DNA of 64,000 nt, taken from positions 96,001-160,000 of the IMG/VR virus record IMGVR_UViG_3300002092_001784, one strand, 5' to 3'. The translations under genes were made by a program, and so were the position numbers. Positions within the stretch are counted from its first letter, which is position 1. Each line of letters opens with the position of its first letter. Shown in pieces: positions 16,861 to 28,551 of the stretch. Under the pieces are notes generated by a model. The model was not told the origin of the DNA, did not search any database, and saw only the letters and a list, made by a program, of their open reading frames with translations. The DNA comes from a virus. Taxonomy: Duplodnaviria > Caudoviricetes.

Positions 16861-16973
16861 TAAGGGTTTCCCGCTTTAAGGTGAAGGACACGCGGGCGGA
16901 GACGTTCAGAATTAGTCATTAAACAATTCAAAACCTTAAGTCTATGATGGGAGGGCCCTACCCATTAAATTTT

Positions 16974-17046
16974 GCGGAAGTAGCTCAATTGGTAGAGCGC
17001 CTGCCTTCCAAGCAGGGGGTTGAGGTATCGTACACCTTCTTCCGCT
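16974..17046 (+). tRNA. tRNA-Gly(TCC)
   Basis: cctgc-cttccaa-gcagg; U73. Confidence 0.92.
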
Positions 17047-17102
17047 CCGGTCACTTTTTTGTAAGTTAGAGATGAAAGTTCGATTTTATTATATTTATAT
17101 GT

Positions 17103-17789
17103 ATGAAACGATGCAAAAAATGTAATATAGAATTTGAACCTCAACGAGGATTGTTGAATTATTGCTCATTAGCATGTAGGAACAGTAGAAATTGGACGGT
17201 TGCTGATAAATTAAAAAAATCAATTAGTGCTAAAAATAGTGCTAAAGTTATTGAATCAAACTCTAAATTATCTGATAAATTAAAAGAATATTGGTCGGAT
17301 GAAACTAAAAGATTGGCTCAATCATATCGTATAAAAAATATATGGACTGATGAAATGAGAAAAATTTATTCATCCAATCGAATGGGAGTTAAGCATTCAG
17401 CAGAAACAATAGAAAAAATAAGAACTATTCAAAAACAAAGATTAAAGGATAACCCAATGCTGCATCCTAATAGATTATGTGCTGGTATTAATGAAAGTTA
17501 TCCCGAAAGAATGATTAGGGAATATTTTGAAAATATTGGATATGTAAATGGTATTGATTTTATTCAGCAATTTGAATATAAAGGTTATTATGTAGATTTT
17601 TATATACCAAAAACTAATATTTGTATAGAAGTTGATGGTGAATATTGGCATGATAGTTCAAATCAAAAAGAAATTGATAGAGAAAATGAAATAAAGAAAA
17701 CATATAAATTATATAGATTATCCGCAAAACAAGTATTGAAAAAAGAATACGAAGATTTATTAAAAAATATATTTTCAGAATTGAATTAA
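17103..17789 (+). mobile_element. Free-standing homing-type endonuclease (N-terminal Zn ribbon, NUMOD3, C-terminal DUF559/Vsr-like nuclease)
   Basis: CKKC..CSLAC; KHSAETIEKIR; ESYPE...YYVDFY..NICIEVDGEYWH; inserted between tRNA genes. Confidence 0.75.
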
Positions 17790-17886
17790 TATAAAAACTC
17801 AAGTACCCGTACAGCTAGAGTAGGGTTAAATTAGATACGATTTCTCAGTTTCAATAACACGCTGGAAGTAGAATGCTTGAGAATAT

Positions 17887-17957
17887 TGCCCGATGGTGTA
17901 ACGGTAGCACCCATCACTTTGACTGATGTAGTTTAGGTTCGAATCCTAATCGGGCGA
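17887..17957 (+). tRNA. tRNA-Gln(TTG)
   Basis: catca-ctttgac-tgatg. Confidence 0.9.
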
Positions 17958-17970
17958 CTAAAATAGTTTT

Positions 17971-18528
17971 ATGAAAAATTGGAAGAAAATATTAATAATC
18001 ATTGCGGCAATTGGATTAGCTGCATTTGTAATTTGGAAAATAGTAACATATACAGAACCGGAGTTTCACCCAGAGCCGTTTCCAATCAATAATACAGTTG
18101 CCAATCTAACAGGTGGTAAGACTTATTTGGATACAATAGTTCATCTGGCATTAAACGCATTGGATTTTAAGGGATTGGTTGTTGTTATTCAACCATTAAC
18201 ACCTGCAATGCAGTCCGCATTTTCTCAAACATTGGAACTTAAAGCTCAGATTAAACCGGATAGTGATAGTACACTGTTTCATTTGTATATTGGTGATTTA
18301 AGTAAATCGGAAGCAATTGGGGTAGTATCGCATGAAATGATACATTTGAAACAATATTATCTAAAGGAATTAGTAGTTAAAAACGATACTGCTTATTGGC
18401 AAGAATATCCAATACCTATTACATCTGTGGAATACGAAGCAAGGCCGTGGGAAACTCAAGCTTTTAATTTGAGTAAAGATTTAGAATGGATATTAAAACA
18501 TAAACTGTATAATTTATACACAAAATAA
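17971..18528 (+). CDS. Membrane-anchored zincin metallopeptidase-like protein
   Basis: N-terminal TM helix; VVSHEMIHLKQ; RPWETQA. Confidence 0.6.
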   Translation: MKNWKKILIIIAAIGLAAFVIWKIVTYTEPEFHPEPFPINNTVANLTGGKTYLDTIVHLALNALDFKGLVVVIQPLTPAMQSAFSQTLELKAQIKPDSDSTLFHLYIGDLSKSEAIGVVSHEMIHLKQYYLKELVVKNDTAYWQEYPIPITSVEYEARPWETQAFNLSKDLEWILKHKLYNLYTK

Positions 18529-18533
18529 CCGAT

Positions 18534-18989
18534 ATGAAATTTAGAAAAATGTTTCAATCTACCGAATTTGAAGTAGTTGATTATGTGAAGGAATATTTGG
18601 ACGAACATGAAGATATTGAAATTCTAATCGGTTGTGATTCACAAAATCGTTCATCCGAAACCGTATATGCAGTTGTAGTTGCAATGTACAGACCTGGGAA
18701 GGGAGCACATATAATTTTCCGCAAATGGAAAACACCAAAGGAATTTAACAGACCAACTCGGTTATTAAATGAGGTATGGTTTTCAGTTGAAGTTGCGGAA
18801 TTATTAAAAAATGCAGGTGTTAAGAAGCCGAAATGGATAGATATAGATATTAACCCGGACCCTCGTTATAAATCAAATGAAGTATTTCGTCAGGCTGTTG
18901 GGCTGGTGGAAGGAATGGGTTATAGCTGCAGATTCAAATCATTAGGCCCAATTACAACGTATACCGCAGATTCATTAGTAAAATCTTAA
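18534..18989 (+). CDS. YkuK/DUF458 RNase H-like protein
   Basis: IGCDSQ, RLLNEV, IDIDIN..PRYKSN. Confidence 0.75.
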   Translation: MKFRKMFQSTEFEVVDYVKEYLDEHEDIEILIGCDSQNRSSETVYAVVVAMYRPGKGAHIIFRKWKTPKEFNRPTRLLNEVWFSVEVAELLKNAGVKKPKWIDIDINPDPRYKSNEVFRQAVGLVEGMGYSCRFKSLGPITTYTADSLVKS

Positions 18990-19001
18990 AAAAACAATTA
19001 T

Positions 19002-19634
19002 ATGATTAAAGAAACACATTACAATCCAGATTGGCAAATAAATCGAATCAACTTTATACTTGAACGGTATCCAGAAGAATTTTTCAAAGGAAAACGTATT
19101 TTAGAATTAGGTTCATATAATGGTTATATTGGTGCACGGTTTGCTGAAATGGGAGCAATAGTACATTGTATAGAGGGTAGGCCCGAAAATGTTCAATACA
19201 TTAAAGATAACTATCCTAATGTTACTGTGGAATTGGCAGATTTAGATACGACTGATTGGAAATTTGGTAAATGGGATGTAATTATTAACTTTGGGTTGGT
19301 TTACCATCTACAAAATTGTCACAAAGAGCATTTGACAAACTGTATTCAAAATACCAATCTTATGTTCTTAGAATCGGTAATATATGATAGTGATGAACCG
19401 GAAATATTTACCAGACATGAAATTGGAGCTGATCAATCATTAAGTGAATTTGGGGGAACGCCATCAACTTCATATGTTGAGAATATTTTATCAGAGTATT
19501 CAATATTTTACACAAAATACGCAAATTCTGAATTGAACGGTGGTCCTCATCATTATGATTGGGTTGATGTAAATTCTAAAGTACTGGATCAATACGCTCG
19601 CAGATTTTGGATAATTAATTCCATTACTATATAA
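19002..19634 (+). CDS. Class I SAM-dependent methyltransferase
   Basis: ILELGSYNG, CIEGR, WDVIINFGLVYHL. Confidence 0.75.
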   Translation: MIKETHYNPDWQINRINFILERYPEEFFKGKRILELGSYNGYIGARFAEMGAIVHCIEGRPENVQYIKDNYPNVTVELADLDTTDWKFGKWDVIINFGLVYHLQNCHKEHLTNCIQNTNLMFLESVIYDSDEPEIFTRHEIGADQSLSEFGGTPSTSYVENILSEYSIFYTKYANSELNGGPHHYDWVDVNSKVLDQYARRFWIINSITI

Positions 19635-19637
19635 CAT

Positions 19638-19693
19638 TTAACAATTATTTAACATTAAAAGCTTGGTTATTCCAAGCTTTTTTTGTATATTTG
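19638..19693 (+). promoter_or_regulatory. Class P promoter whose -33 region is also a terminator-like hairpin
   Basis: aaaagcttgg-ttatt-ccaagctttt plus T-run; near-identical copy at 26149-26193. Confidence 0.75.
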
Positions 19694-19734
19694 TGTATTG
19701 AGTTTTGAGAGTGTTTAATTAAAAAAAATACATT

Positions 19735-20974
19735 ATGAGTAAATATCAAGCTAAAATAGTTAAAGCGATTAAAGCTGGAGCTAAGTTACAATGTACCGAA
19801 GGCGTAAACTACAAGACTTGGTTGGTTTATTCTGATGGTAAAAAAGAAAACGTTAGACGTGATTCAGCTAATAAAGTATGTATAGACTATGAAAGAAAAT
19901 TAGTATTCGGTGAGTGGTCTGGCATTAGATGGAGAAACATTTAACAATTTCTTAACATTAAAAATTTGGAAATACTGAATAAATGTAGTACCTTTAGGTA
20001 TTGAGTTTTGAGAGTGTTTAATCCTAAAAAATAAAGATATGAAAACTTATTATGGTGTTGTTTCCTTAGAAAATGAGTTGGTTTCTGAGAGTGAGTATGA
20101 ATGGGAAGCAATATTGGTTCGTGAATATCACGAAGGTTCAATTGTTAAACAGTATTCAAAATAAAAAGTTATGAATTATATCAATTCGTTGTTGTCAAAT
20201 GTTGAGTTCGAAAGTGAAGAACAGATTTTAAGTATTAAGAAAACTCTTCAAAATCGTTATAATTGTGAAGTTCGGCCGCGTGGTAGGCATTCTAACCGAA
20301 AATTGGTTTTAGGAAATAAGTGGGTAGCTAATACTCAAAATGATATTCCTTGGAGATTGGCCGAAACTGTTTCTTTTTATAATGTTGTTAGACGTAAACG
20401 TTAATTATTTAAGTTATGGAAATTCAAAAAGTTATTGAGTGTACAAATTGTGGTAGTGGAAATACTGATGTAATTCTTGGGAACAATGCAAATGGTTCGG
20501 TTGTGGTACAATGTTGCCAATGTAAACATATTTGGAAAATAGTAGAACAAGAACCTATAACCTATACGGAGCAGGAAGTGCTGGAATTACTTGAGGCATT
20601 CAAAGTTACTTTGGAATTTGCTAAACAGTATAGAATACCTTGTGATATTAAGGTGTTGTTTGAAGGGCATAAAAAGAAATAAAATACATAAACATTTAAC
20701 AATTTCTTAACATTAAAAATTTGGAATATTGCAAAAAATGTGTTATCTTTGAGTATTGAGTTTTGAGAGTGTTTAATCCTAAAAATTTTGAGTTATGAAA
20801 GTTTCAGTTTCTAAAAGAACCAAGTCGATTGTAGGTAAAGAATCTTATGAATCAGTTGCCGCTAAATTCGGTTTCAAAAAGCCGGTGTATCAGAAATACA
20901 TCATCATCAATGGTGTTCCCCACAAAGCTACGGCTGAAGGTTTAGTTCCGTTAACCAAAGTTAGTTCACTTTAA
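19735..20974 (+). other. Small early-type hypothetical CDSs (19735, 20171, 20416, 20795) under class P promoters at 19941-19996 and 20696-20751
   Basis: Each preceded by a repeated promoter and 5' leader tattgagttttgagagtgtttaat. Confidence 0.6.
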
Positions 20975-20985
20975 TCTTATCTGTT

Positions 20986-21219
20986 ATGAATGTTGTTACA
21001 AATCCTATTGTTACTATGAAATCCGATTTATCGAAAGTTATTGGAAAGGTTGTTTCGGAAGATTTTTCATCTACCGGTCGTGCTAAGTTACTTTCGGTTG
21101 GAAATAAATATGTTAGATTTGAAATGATGAAATCACCATATGGATTTGACGGTATAGAAGATGAAGGTAGGATTTACACAAGACCGATACTTTCAGCTTG
21201 GAAAACTTTCTTTCGTTAA
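20986..21219 (+). CDS. Hypothetical protein, paralog 1 of a tandem pair
   Basis: VIGKVV..AKL..FE..SPY..G..Y..PI..AW..F. Confidence 0.7.
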   Translation: MNVVTNPIVTMKSDLSKVIGKVVSEDFSSTGRAKLLSVGNKYVRFEMMKSPYGFDGIEDEGRIYTRPILSAWKTFFR

Positions 21220-21235
21220 TTTAATTCTATTTTTT

Positions 21236-21490
21236 ATGAGAAAAATTCACCCAAAACCTTATGTTTTTATTGAACGTATGAATGATTTGAAAAATGAGTT
21301 GGCTACCGTAATTGGGAAACCAGTGGCTCAAAATCAATCACCTACACTGAACGCAAAGTTGGTGAAGATTAATAAAACCACTTGTACTTTTGAAGTTACA
21401 CAATCACCATATCGAAGTGGTGATGAATCGAAAATCGGTAAACGTTATTTAGTACCGATTCAATATGCTTGGAACGCTTATTTCTTTTAA
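21236..21490 (+). CDS. Hypothetical protein, paralog 2 of a tandem pair
   Basis: Same motif pattern as 20986. Confidence 0.7.
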   Translation: MRKIHPKPYVFIERMNDLKNELATVIGKPVAQNQSPTLNAKLVKINKTTCTFEVTQSPYRSGDESKIGKRYLVPIQYAWNAYFF

Positions 21491-21491
21491 T

Positions 21492-23301
21492 ATGAAACTA
21501 TTAAATATAATACTTTGTTTGATATTGGTTATTGGTATGAATAGCATTCTCAATTATCCAATTACATTTATGAGGCAACCGGTTGGCATTGAACCATTAA
21601 TAGCGGCTTTTGATTTGTTATTTAATCAAATCGTAATTGCATACACGGTTAGTAAGTTTTGGACATGGTTTAATTCAAACATAAAAGAAAAGGTATGAGA
21701 TACGTTATTTTACCCATATTAGGGTTACTTTATGGTTATTGGACTGTATGCTCTATACATGATTTATTCAACCTAAAGGATGGAACGAAATGGTGGATAG
21801 GTGAAATAGCTAGAATATATTGGGTATGCCTGCACGCAGCAGTTATTGTGGTTTATTTAATCGAATTGATTGCACTTTTTTGGTAAACAATTAAAAATTA
21901 TATATTATGATTTCAATAAAAGAAAGGGTGATTATTTTGATATTATCCATTGTGACTATTATGTTATTATGTATCGCATTTGGATTTAAGTTGGAGACCA
22001 GTAATGTGATTGGTATGTGTGGTGGTGCATTTGGGTATCAAATTGCAGATTACTTTATTCAAAAACGTAAAAACAAATAAAATTATACAGTATGGCAACT
22101 TTTAGAGTAGATGATATAGATATATCTCCTGATGATTATATCTATGAATGTTCGGAAAACGAAATTAAGGAATTGATATCCTGTCTTAAAGAAGAAGGAC
22201 ACTTAACAAGTGATGAATATGAACCGGCGGAGTTTGAACGGATGGGTGATGGTGAACGTATGTTTGAAAAGGCTTTACACAATCTACATACTAAGTGGAA
22301 TTTATTAAGTAAAGAAGATGAAGAAACAATTTTAAGAATTAGTAAACAATTTTAATTATGAAAACATTTGAAACAGTTTTAGGTGGTATTGTTATTTTGG
22401 TGGGTTCGTTGTGTTTAATTGCAGCTGTGCTTGGATACCCGCTGATGTTATTGTGGAATTGGTTGATGCCAATCTTATTTAAGTTGCCGGAAATTACGTT
22501 TTGGCAGGCAGTTGGGTTGAATGTGTTATCGGGTATTTTATTTAAGTCATCATCAACATCATCAAAAAAAGAATAATATGAAAAAGTTATTAGTATTAGC
22601 AGTAATTGTAGCCGGTCTATTTACGGTAAGTTGTACAGAAAATATTCGGGCACGCCATTGGGGTGGAACTGAAAACATTCAGTTAGAATCAGGAAATCGT
22701 GTGGTAAATGTAACATGGAAGGAAGGAAATGTCTGGATACTTACAAAGCAAGATGCTACCACAAAACCTACCGTATATACCTTTGCGGAAAAATCGAATT
22801 GGGGAGTTATGCAAGGTAGTATCGTTATTGTTGAAAACTAAAAGTTATGTTAGATTTAACATTAGATGAGCAGATTTCCATTAACGAAATACTGATGGAA
22901 GCGGCAGCATACGGATTGAGAAACGATGTGGACATGTTGGCTATTGAATACATTGAAATGGGTGTATTTCCAACCGAAGCATATGAACTTGCGTATTGTG
23001 ATTTAACAGAGGATTATTGAAATTGTAAAAAAAAATGATAACGAGAGAATTTCTTATAGAAGGACATGATGCATATACATTATCACCTGACGAGTTGGGG
23101 GTAAATGAAAGCGGATGGACTATAACAGGTGACGTACATGAAGATTATTATGAATGGGTGAATGAGTTTGAAGCGAGTCATCCGGTTTATGGTAGAGTTT
23201 GGGGTGATTTTGAACAAATAGTATATGCAGACAGTGATGCTGGGTATGTCCATTTTTTTGAAAATCATACTCCGCAAAGTTGGGATTATTGGGATATTTA
23301 A
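21492..23301 (+). other. Run of small membrane, lipo- and hypothetical proteins (including lipoprotein 22539-22841, FTVSC lipobox)
   Basis: Several hydrophobic ORFs of 55-106 aa. Confidence 0.55.
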
Positions 23302-23373
23302 CATTAATTTAACATTGAAAGTTTGGAAACCCCAAACTTTTTTTGTATCTTTAAGTATTGATTTGAGAGAGTT
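23298..23373 (+). repeat. Class P promoter/terminator cassette; about 67 bp identical to the 54.6-kb copy
   Basis: atttaacattgaaagtttggaaaccccaaactttttttgtatctttaagtattgatttgagagagtta at both loci. Confidence 0.85.
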
Positions 23374-23739
23374 ATGAAAAGATCAGAAGTAAAAAGGCTT
23401 TCGGAAATGGTACTTGAAAAGGTTGTAGAACGTTATGGTAACAGTAAGTTCCAACCAACTACTCCGTATTTATCATTAGAAACATCACCTTATTCGGATG
23501 CTAAAGACCCAAACGCAAAGGGTGTGTTTATGTTCGATGATAATGAGATTGTGGTTTACTGGAAGAATATGGGTAGTTTGGAAGAGTTGGCAAGAACGAT
23601 TGTTCACGAATATCAACACTATTTACAATCACCACGTTGGTTTTCACGTTACTATTCGATGGGGCACACTTATGAAACACATCCGTATGAAGTTAAAGCT
23701 TACGCTGAAGAAGAAAATTGGAAATCTGTACTAAATTAA
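23374..23739 (+). CDS. Small zincin/SprT-like metallopeptidase
   Basis: LARTIVHEYQHYLQ...HPYEVKA. Confidence 0.65.
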   Translation: MKRSEVKRLSEMVLEKVVERYGNSKFQPTTPYLSLETSPYSDAKDPNAKGVFMFDDNEIVVYWKNMGSLEELARTIVHEYQHYLQSPRWFSRYYSMGHTYETHPYEVKAYAEEENWKSVLN

Positions 23740-24176
23740 AAAGTTATGTGGAAAAGATTAAAATCGAAACTGTTAACGAAGTGGTTTATTGAGTGGGTTA
23801 ATGATGAATATGATTTGGAACTGTTAGCAGCAACCCGCCAATTGATTCAGAAGCAAGAACAACAAATTAAGTGGTACATTCACTTTGGTAATCGGATAGA
23901 AATTAAAGGATTTGGAAAATAAAAGATAATAAATGCAAAGTCAATTTTTGAATGTAAATGGTGAACAGTTTCAACTAATACGAAAGTTCAATACCGGTGG
24001 TTGGTTTGATAAGGCAGTTGAAACGTTTGGTGGTGAAGAAATATGTAGGCAATATCATTGTGATAAGTTGCTAAAAGATAGTAACGGTGTTTTTTATTTA
24101 GTAAATGAAGTAACCGATGCTATGATTGTATTGCCGGTGGAAGAAAGTGAAACACAAAACGTATAATAGTAATAAA

Positions 24177-25031
24177 ATGAGATATACAGTAGGAATTGTA
24201 GGGTATGGGTTCGTTGGTGAATCACAGGCATATGCATTTGCTCCGATAGCAGACATAAAAGTATATGATATTGATGAAAAGAAATGCACCCATTCGTTGG
24301 AAGATGTATTAAATCAGCAGTTTGTATTTATATGTTTGCCAACTCCAATGTTGGAAAACGGAAAGCAAGATATATCATTGATTGATAATTTCTTTAAGCA
24401 AATTGAATATTACGATACGCCCGATACTATTTTTATAATAAAATCAACAGTACTACCCGGAACAACAGATGAATTACTTACTACCTATTGGAGAAAGATT
24501 GTATTTTGTCCCGAATTTTTAACTGAAAAGAACGCCAAATTGGATATGCTTACCCAACCTCGTATCATATTGGGTGGTAATCGTATATGGTTGTCGTATG
24601 TACAAGAATTGTTTGAGGCCAGATTTGGTAATAAGCATTATATCTTAACAGATAGTACATCTGCTGAAATAATAAAGTATATGTGTAACAATTTTTTATC
24701 AGTTAAGGTATCGTTTGTAAATGAATTTTATGATTTGGTAGAAACAGTTGGTGCTGATTGGGATTCTGTAATTGAAGGATTTGTATCAGACCCTCGTATT
24801 GGTAATTCGCATACACAAACTCCCGGACCCGATGGTAAGCGTGGATTTGGTGGAACTTGTTTTCCGAAAGATATAAATGGTATGATTGAATTTAGCAAAG
24901 ATATGGAAGTTGATATGGATGTATTAAAATCCACATGGAAAACAAATTTAAGAGTAAGACCTGAGCAAGATTGGAAGGAATTGGAAGGTAGAGCAGTAAC
25001 TAAAAAAATTAAAGAAGATGGGAAAAGTTAA
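24177..25031 (+). CDS. ugd: UDP-glucose/GDP-mannose dehydrogenase family protein (lacks C-terminal domain)
   Basis: GIVGYGFVG, CLPTP, IKSTVLPG, PEFL, DPRIG, GFGGTCFPKD. Confidence 0.85.
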   Translation: MRYTVGIVGYGFVGESQAYAFAPIADIKVYDIDEKKCTHSLEDVLNQQFVFICLPTPMLENGKQDISLIDNFFKQIEYYDTPDTIFIIKSTVLPGTTDELLTTYWRKIVFCPEFLTEKNAKLDMLTQPRIILGGNRIWLSYVQELFEARFGNKHYILTDSTSAEIIKYMCNNFLSVKVSFVNEFYDLVETVGADWDSVIEGFVSDPRIGNSHTQTPGPDGKRGFGGTCFPKDINGMIEFSKDMEVDMDVLKSTWKTNLRVRPEQDWKELEGRAVTKKIKEDGKS

Positions 25032-25382
25032 AGAACAATTATTGAACGAAGCACTTCCGCATGAAGATATTCGTGATAGTATTTATGAATTGGGTATTGA
25101 AGAATATGTGGATTATATTGATAAATCCAAAAACGGATGGTATGAAAATTTGGAAAGGGAATCTAAACTATTCAAAGATATATCAGATGAACAATATTAT
25201 TCATCAGATTTTCTATTAGCATTGGATTACGCATTTGACCAAATTAAATTATCACCTGATGAAATTGGTACTGATGTATATATCGACTTATTAAAAGAGC
25301 AGGTCCTAATTTATTTGAAAAGTATTATCGTATAATCATTATTTGGTTGAGTAGTTGATATTTATTGTAAACCAATAAACTA

Positions 25383-26135
25383 TTGACTATGGCAAACAAC
25401 AGGGTGTATGGCTGGAAACGACAAGCTCCAGACCACAGGGATTTAATTTATAAGGTAAGTGAACATACAAAACTACCAAAATCGGTTGATTTAAGACCAA
25501 ACTGTCCGCCGGTGTATGACCAAGGTTCTTTGGGTTCATGTACCGCTAATGCGATTGCTGGCGCAATTGAGTTTGATTTTCTGAAACAAAAGCATGAAGA
25601 TTACACACCGTCTCGATTGTTTATTTATTACAATGAACGATTGATTGAGGGTACACTTTCAGAAGATGCCGGAGCAGCATTGCGTGATGGTATAAAAACG
25701 GTTAATAAGTATGGAGTTTGTAATGAAACATTATGGCCTTACAATGTAAATAATTTTACAACAAAGCCAAGTGATGATGCATATACAACCGCATTGACCG
25801 ACATTGTTACAAAATACGAAGCATTAACAAATATACATTCTTACAAAGCAGCATTGGCAGCTGGGTATCCATTTGTATTCGGATTTTCCGTATATGGGGC
25901 ATTTGAATCAGAGGAAGTAGCAGCTACTGGAATTGTACCACAACCCGATTTGAACGATGAATTTATGGGTGGCCATGCAGTTTGTGCGGTAGGATATGAT
26001 GACGACAAAGAATGGTTTATCGTAAGAAACAGCTGGGGACCGAATTGGGGAGATAAAGGATACTTCTATTTACCATATTCTTATTTCAAACCGGGGCTTT
26101 CTGATGATTTTTGGGTAATTTATTTTATAGCATAA
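25383..26135 (+). CDS. Papain-like C1A cysteine protease
   Basis: VDLR..PVYDQGSLGSCTANA, GGHAV, RNSWG..WGDKGY. Confidence 0.92.
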   Translation: MTMANNRVYGWKRQAPDHRDLIYKVSEHTKLPKSVDLRPNCPPVYDQGSLGSCTANAIAGAIEFDFLKQKHEDYTPSRLFIYYNERLIEGTLSEDAGAALRDGIKTVNKYGVCNETLWPYNVNNFTTKPSDDAYTTALTDIVTKYEALTNIHSYKAALAAGYPFVFGFSVYGAFESEEVAATGIVPQPDLNDEFMGGHAVCAVGYDDDKEWFIVRNSWGPNWGDKGYFYLPYSYFKPGLSDDFWVIYFIA

Positions 26136-26215
26136 ATTTCTCAATTATTTAACATTAAAAGCTTGGTTATTCCAAGCTTTTTTTGTATCTTTATAGTGTG
26201 TTAAAATAATAAGTT

Positions 26216-27403
26216 ATGAATATAGGAAACATTATCGATTATCAAAAACTTGCATTTGATAGAGCAATAGAACTGTATAAAGCAAGATACACATTTCAAC
26301 GTCCATTTGAGTTTGAATTGATGGGAATTTTAGTTGATTCGAGTTTTGTTATTGTTACGTTTATGGAAACAAAAACAACTCAGATTGATAGGCAGATGAT
26401 ATTATTTTCAGAATTGGATTTATCGGCTGAAGATTGGGATCATTATGTGGCAACACAAACACAAATATCCGAATGGAAGGAAGGGGTATTATGAAACAAA
26501 AACCATCACTACTAATATGTTCATGTCATAATACAGAGCATCAAATGATTTTCTTATTTGATGAATGGGATGATACGGATGGTGCAGTTTATATTCACAC
26601 CCATTTGAACAAAGGAGGATTTTGGTATAGGTTGAAGTATGCCGTAAAATATATCTTCGGACACCAAAGTAGATATGGTGCATTTGATGAGTTCATCATT
26701 AAGCCGGAAGATGCCAATGAATTTGAGAAAGTGATTAAATACTTAAAACGAAACGAAATCAAATAATTAAATTATGAAAAAGTTACTTAAAAAATTGGAT
26801 TGGTGGTTTGACATCAATATTGCTTATTACTTTTACAATGGTAATAAGATGCACCGTTACTATGAATACCTTGAACGGAAATGGGGAATTAAACCGGCAA
26901 CTATTCGAGAAAACGTATTGGAATTAAACGCAGATGCGGTTTTATGGGATGATTTGGATGAAGCTATAATTGGAATATCAGATGATAATAGAGTAGTTTA
27001 CAGTATTCAAAAAATGATTACCGAACTTCAAAAAAATAATAAGTGGACATATGAAGAAGCAGATGAGTGGGTAAATTATAATATAACAAGTGCTTATGTT
27101 GGCGAGTTCACACCGATACATATTTATGAATTTTAACAAAGGTTATTTATGAAAAAAACATGCAATACTTGCACTTATAAAAGTGAAATAGCAAATTCAC
27201 ATCGTATTACTTGCCATTACTATTGGGAGAATAAACATCTATTGTACACATCACCCGCATCATTGAGTGATATATCGGATTATGCAAAGACAAGTGGATG
27301 GTTTGATTTTCCGTATGATTTTGATCCACTTTGGATTACAACGGACTGTAATGGTTATAAACGTGAAATTGATGAACCGATACTTTACACTAATGAATTT
27401 TAA
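26216..27403 (+). other. Four hypothetical CDSs (26216, about 26491, 26774, 27149)
   Basis: Packed ORFs after a class P promoter. Confidence 0.6.
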
Positions 27404-27446
27404 GTTATGGAAGAAACTGCTATAATAATCGAAAATACTTATATCG

Positions 27447-28481
27447 TTGATTGGCAAATGGCAACCACAATTACAGTTACTAATGGATAGAGAATTATTT
27501 ATAATATCCGCATATTGTCCGGCATTGGAACAGCAAATTCAGTTAAGAAATTTGGTCTATAAAATTAAAGAAGAGGGACGAAATGTATTATTGGTATCAC
27601 ATACGCATACACCAGATGATATAGTAAAGCAATGTGATTATTATTTTTATGACAAGGATAATTTACTTATTGATGCTTGGAAAACTGTGGGTAATTGGTA
27701 TTGGTATTCCGGTGATTTAAGTATGAACACTTACTTTAGTCTATTCAATTATTCTAATTATAGTGTACCGGCATTAAAACTGATGTTTCATGGGTTATTA
27801 TTGGGTAAGGAATTGGGATACAATAAAGCACATTTTTTGGTGTATGATACTGAAATCTTAAACTTTACTGTTTTTGATAAAAATAATCTATTGTTGGATG
27901 AGTACGATGCCATTGCATACAACATAAGAGAAGATTTCAATCCAATGCCGGCGGGATACTACATTGCTTTTAATTTGGACGGATATAGTTATGATGATTT
28001 AAGATTCGATCAAAACCGATTGGTAGAAGAACTGTCAGCATCAGATGAAGGCAATATTGGTGAGATAAGTATGATGAAAAACTTCTTATCATCTAAACGA
28101 TTCTCATTTGATCCAATATCCAAACTGGATTCTGATTCGATACGTGTTAATCTAAGCCATACATCGGATTCAACATATCTTGCCAAAAATGTTATAGCAT
28201 GTGCCTGTGTTAGAGAAGTATCCGGCATTGAAGATGGTGTAATATTTTTTATAAACAATAACGGTGGTATGGATATTAAGATTGAAATATTATTGAATGA
28301 TTCAAAATGGGTGGCTGTTACGGCAAATCCGTTTGAATGGCGATACATTTATCTATGTACCTTAGCCGAACTGCAAAATATCAAATTTTATATGGATGGC
28401 AAACCATTGCGTGAGATGGATTTTGTAAATGATATTCCAATCGATATTTTTAAGAAAAGAAGTGTATTTAGAACACCATAA
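27447..28481 (+). CDS. Hypothetical protein, possibly glycan-related (nucleotide-sugar transferase-like N-terminus)
   Basis: Y/D-rich IISAY...LLVSH...YYFYDKDN; weak. Confidence 0.35.
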   Translation: MIGKWQPQLQLLMDRELFIISAYCPALEQQIQLRNLVYKIKEEGRNVLLVSHTHTPDDIVKQCDYYFYDKDNLLIDAWKTVGNWYWYSGDLSMNTYFSLFNYSNYSVPALKLMFHGLLLGKELGYNKAHFLVYDTEILNFTVFDKNNLLLDEYDAIAYNIREDFNPMPAGYYIAFNLDGYSYDDLRFDQNRLVEELSASDEGNIGEISMMKNFLSSKRFSFDPISKLDSDSIRVNLSHTSDSTYLAKNVIACACVREVSGIEDGVIFFINNNGGMDIKIEILLNDSKWVAVTANPFEWRYIYLCTLAELQNIKFYMDGKPLREMDFVNDIPIDIFKKRSVFRTP

Positions 28482-28551
28482 ATTTGGAAAATCCATTATT
28501 TTTTCGTATCTTTGTATCATTCAAACTATAAAACAATTAAAACATAAAAAG

